Shown piece after piece: positions 42,405 through 43,161 of a DNA stretch of 43,161 nt (within the stretch, counting starts at the first letter, position 1; each line of letters starts with the position of its first letter). The notes beneath the pieces were generated by a model that worked only from the letters and a program-made list of their open reading frames with translations, ran no database searches and was not told where the DNA came from. The position numbers were made by a program, and so were the translations under genes. The stretch is from an uncultured Oscillospiraceae bacterium (GTDB taxonomy: Bacteria; Bacillota; Clostridia; Oscillospirales; Ruminococcaceae). The stretch lies in NCBI GenBank assembly GCA_964479715.1, contig CAYZSR010000001.1, positions 3,425 through 46,585 on the forward strand. Direction: 5' to 3'.

Positions 42405-43161
42405 ATGAAGCTAGGCATTATCGGCTTGCCGAACGTTGGCAAAAGCACGCTGTTTAACGCCATTACCAACGCCGGAGCGCAAAACGAAAACTACCCCTTT
42501 TGCACCATTGACCCCAACGTGGGCGTGGTACCGGTGCCCGACCACCGTTTGACCGATTTAATGACGCTGTACCAAACAAAGCGAACCGTTCCTGCCACCA
42601 TTGAATTTATAGACATTGCCGGCTTGGTGCGCGGCGCCTCTAAAGGTGAGGGGCTGGGCAACAAGTTTTTATCACATATACGTGAGGTCCACGCACTGGT
42701 TCATGTGGTGCGGTGTTTTGAATCAAACAACATTGTGCACGTTGAGGGCGACGTAAACCCCGCCCGGGATATTGATATTATCGAGACGGAGCTTGTTTTT
42801 TCCGACGTTGCGCTGATAGAGCGGCGCATTGAACGCACCGAAAGGGCGGCAAAAAGCGGCGACAAAGAGATGATTGCGCAGCTTGAATTATTAAAAGAAC
42901 TGCTCGCCTTTTTAAGCGAAGGCAACAACGCCCGCTCTTTTGAAGCGGCGAGCGACGCCGACAAAGCCTTTATTGAAGAGTTAACGCTGCTTAGCGCCAA
43001 GCCGGTTATCTACGTGGCAAACCTTTCTGAGGATGACATTCTAGAAGGCACCGAGCGCAACCCCTATTACCCCATTGTACAAGACATTGCCAAAAAAGAA
43101 GGCGCCGGGCACGTTGCCATTTGCGCCAAAATAGAAAGAGATATTGTGGCGCTGGAACCGG
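42405..43161 (+). CDS. ychF: Redox-regulated / ribosome-binding ATPase YchF, N-terminal part (3' end lies outside the window)
   Basis: MKLGIIGLPNVGKSTLFNAITNAGAQNENYPFCTIDPNVGVVPVPDHRL...EFIDIAGLVRGASKGEGLGNKFLSHIREV is the canonical Obg-like YchF. The frame stays open to the window edge, which is why it is absent from the ORF track. Confidence 0.93.
   Translation, partial: MKLGIIGLPNVGKSTLFNAITNAGAQNENYPFCTIDPNVGVVPVPDHRLTDLMTLYQTKRTVPATIEFIDIAGLVRGASKGEGLGNKFLSHIREVHALVHVVRCFESNNIVHVEGDVNPARDIDIIETELVFSDVALIERRIERTERAAKSGDKEMIAQLELLKELLAFLSEGNNARSFEAASDADKAFIEELTLLSAKPVIYVANLSEDDILEGTERNPYYPIVQDIAKKEGAGHVAICAKIERDIVALEP

Overview
This 43.2 kb segment reads like core chromosome of a Bacillota (Clostridia-type) organism. 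Genes are densely packed, with GGAGG-type ribosome-binding sites, sigma-A-like promoters and many intrinsic terminators. I support about 40 protein genes, one tRNA-Arg(CCG) and one decayed gene. I found no IS or transposase, no CRISPR array, no rRNA and no recognisable defence island.

Main blocks, in order:
- gpmA 3' end, an NYN/LOTUS protein, a MocR regulator, a CNNM/CorC-type transporter and an SGNH hydrolase.
- A marR-clpP-(McsA-like UVR/zinc-finger)-clpC operon, flanked by a second marR paralog, then gap.
- A soluble histidine-kinase-like protein that seems to lack its phospho-acceptor His, a PNPOx-family protein and a DUF606 pair.
- A nucleoside-salvage operon (decayed deoC remnant, cdd, BMP lipoprotein, ABC ATPase, two permeases, pdp).
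- An ECF S-component, an Fe-ADH, leuB and leuA, DUF362, patatin, an HD protein, a C-lobe-only membrane pseudokinase, desulfoferrodoxin, a PatB/MalY C-S lyase, the tRNA-Arg and an AI-2E transporter.
- A long minus-strand operon: OmpR-type response regulator, histidine kinase, rpe, RnfD-like, RnfE-like, RnfA-like, DUF1015 and a VOC/glyoxalase. The window ends in the 5' part of ychF.

The most unusual element is the stand-alone RnfD/E/A-like membrane trio. It has no RnfC/G/B partners in the window and appears to have lost every canonical redox-cofactor ligand.

All calls come from reading the translations and the DNA. No database search was run, and the family assignments rest on remembered motifs.
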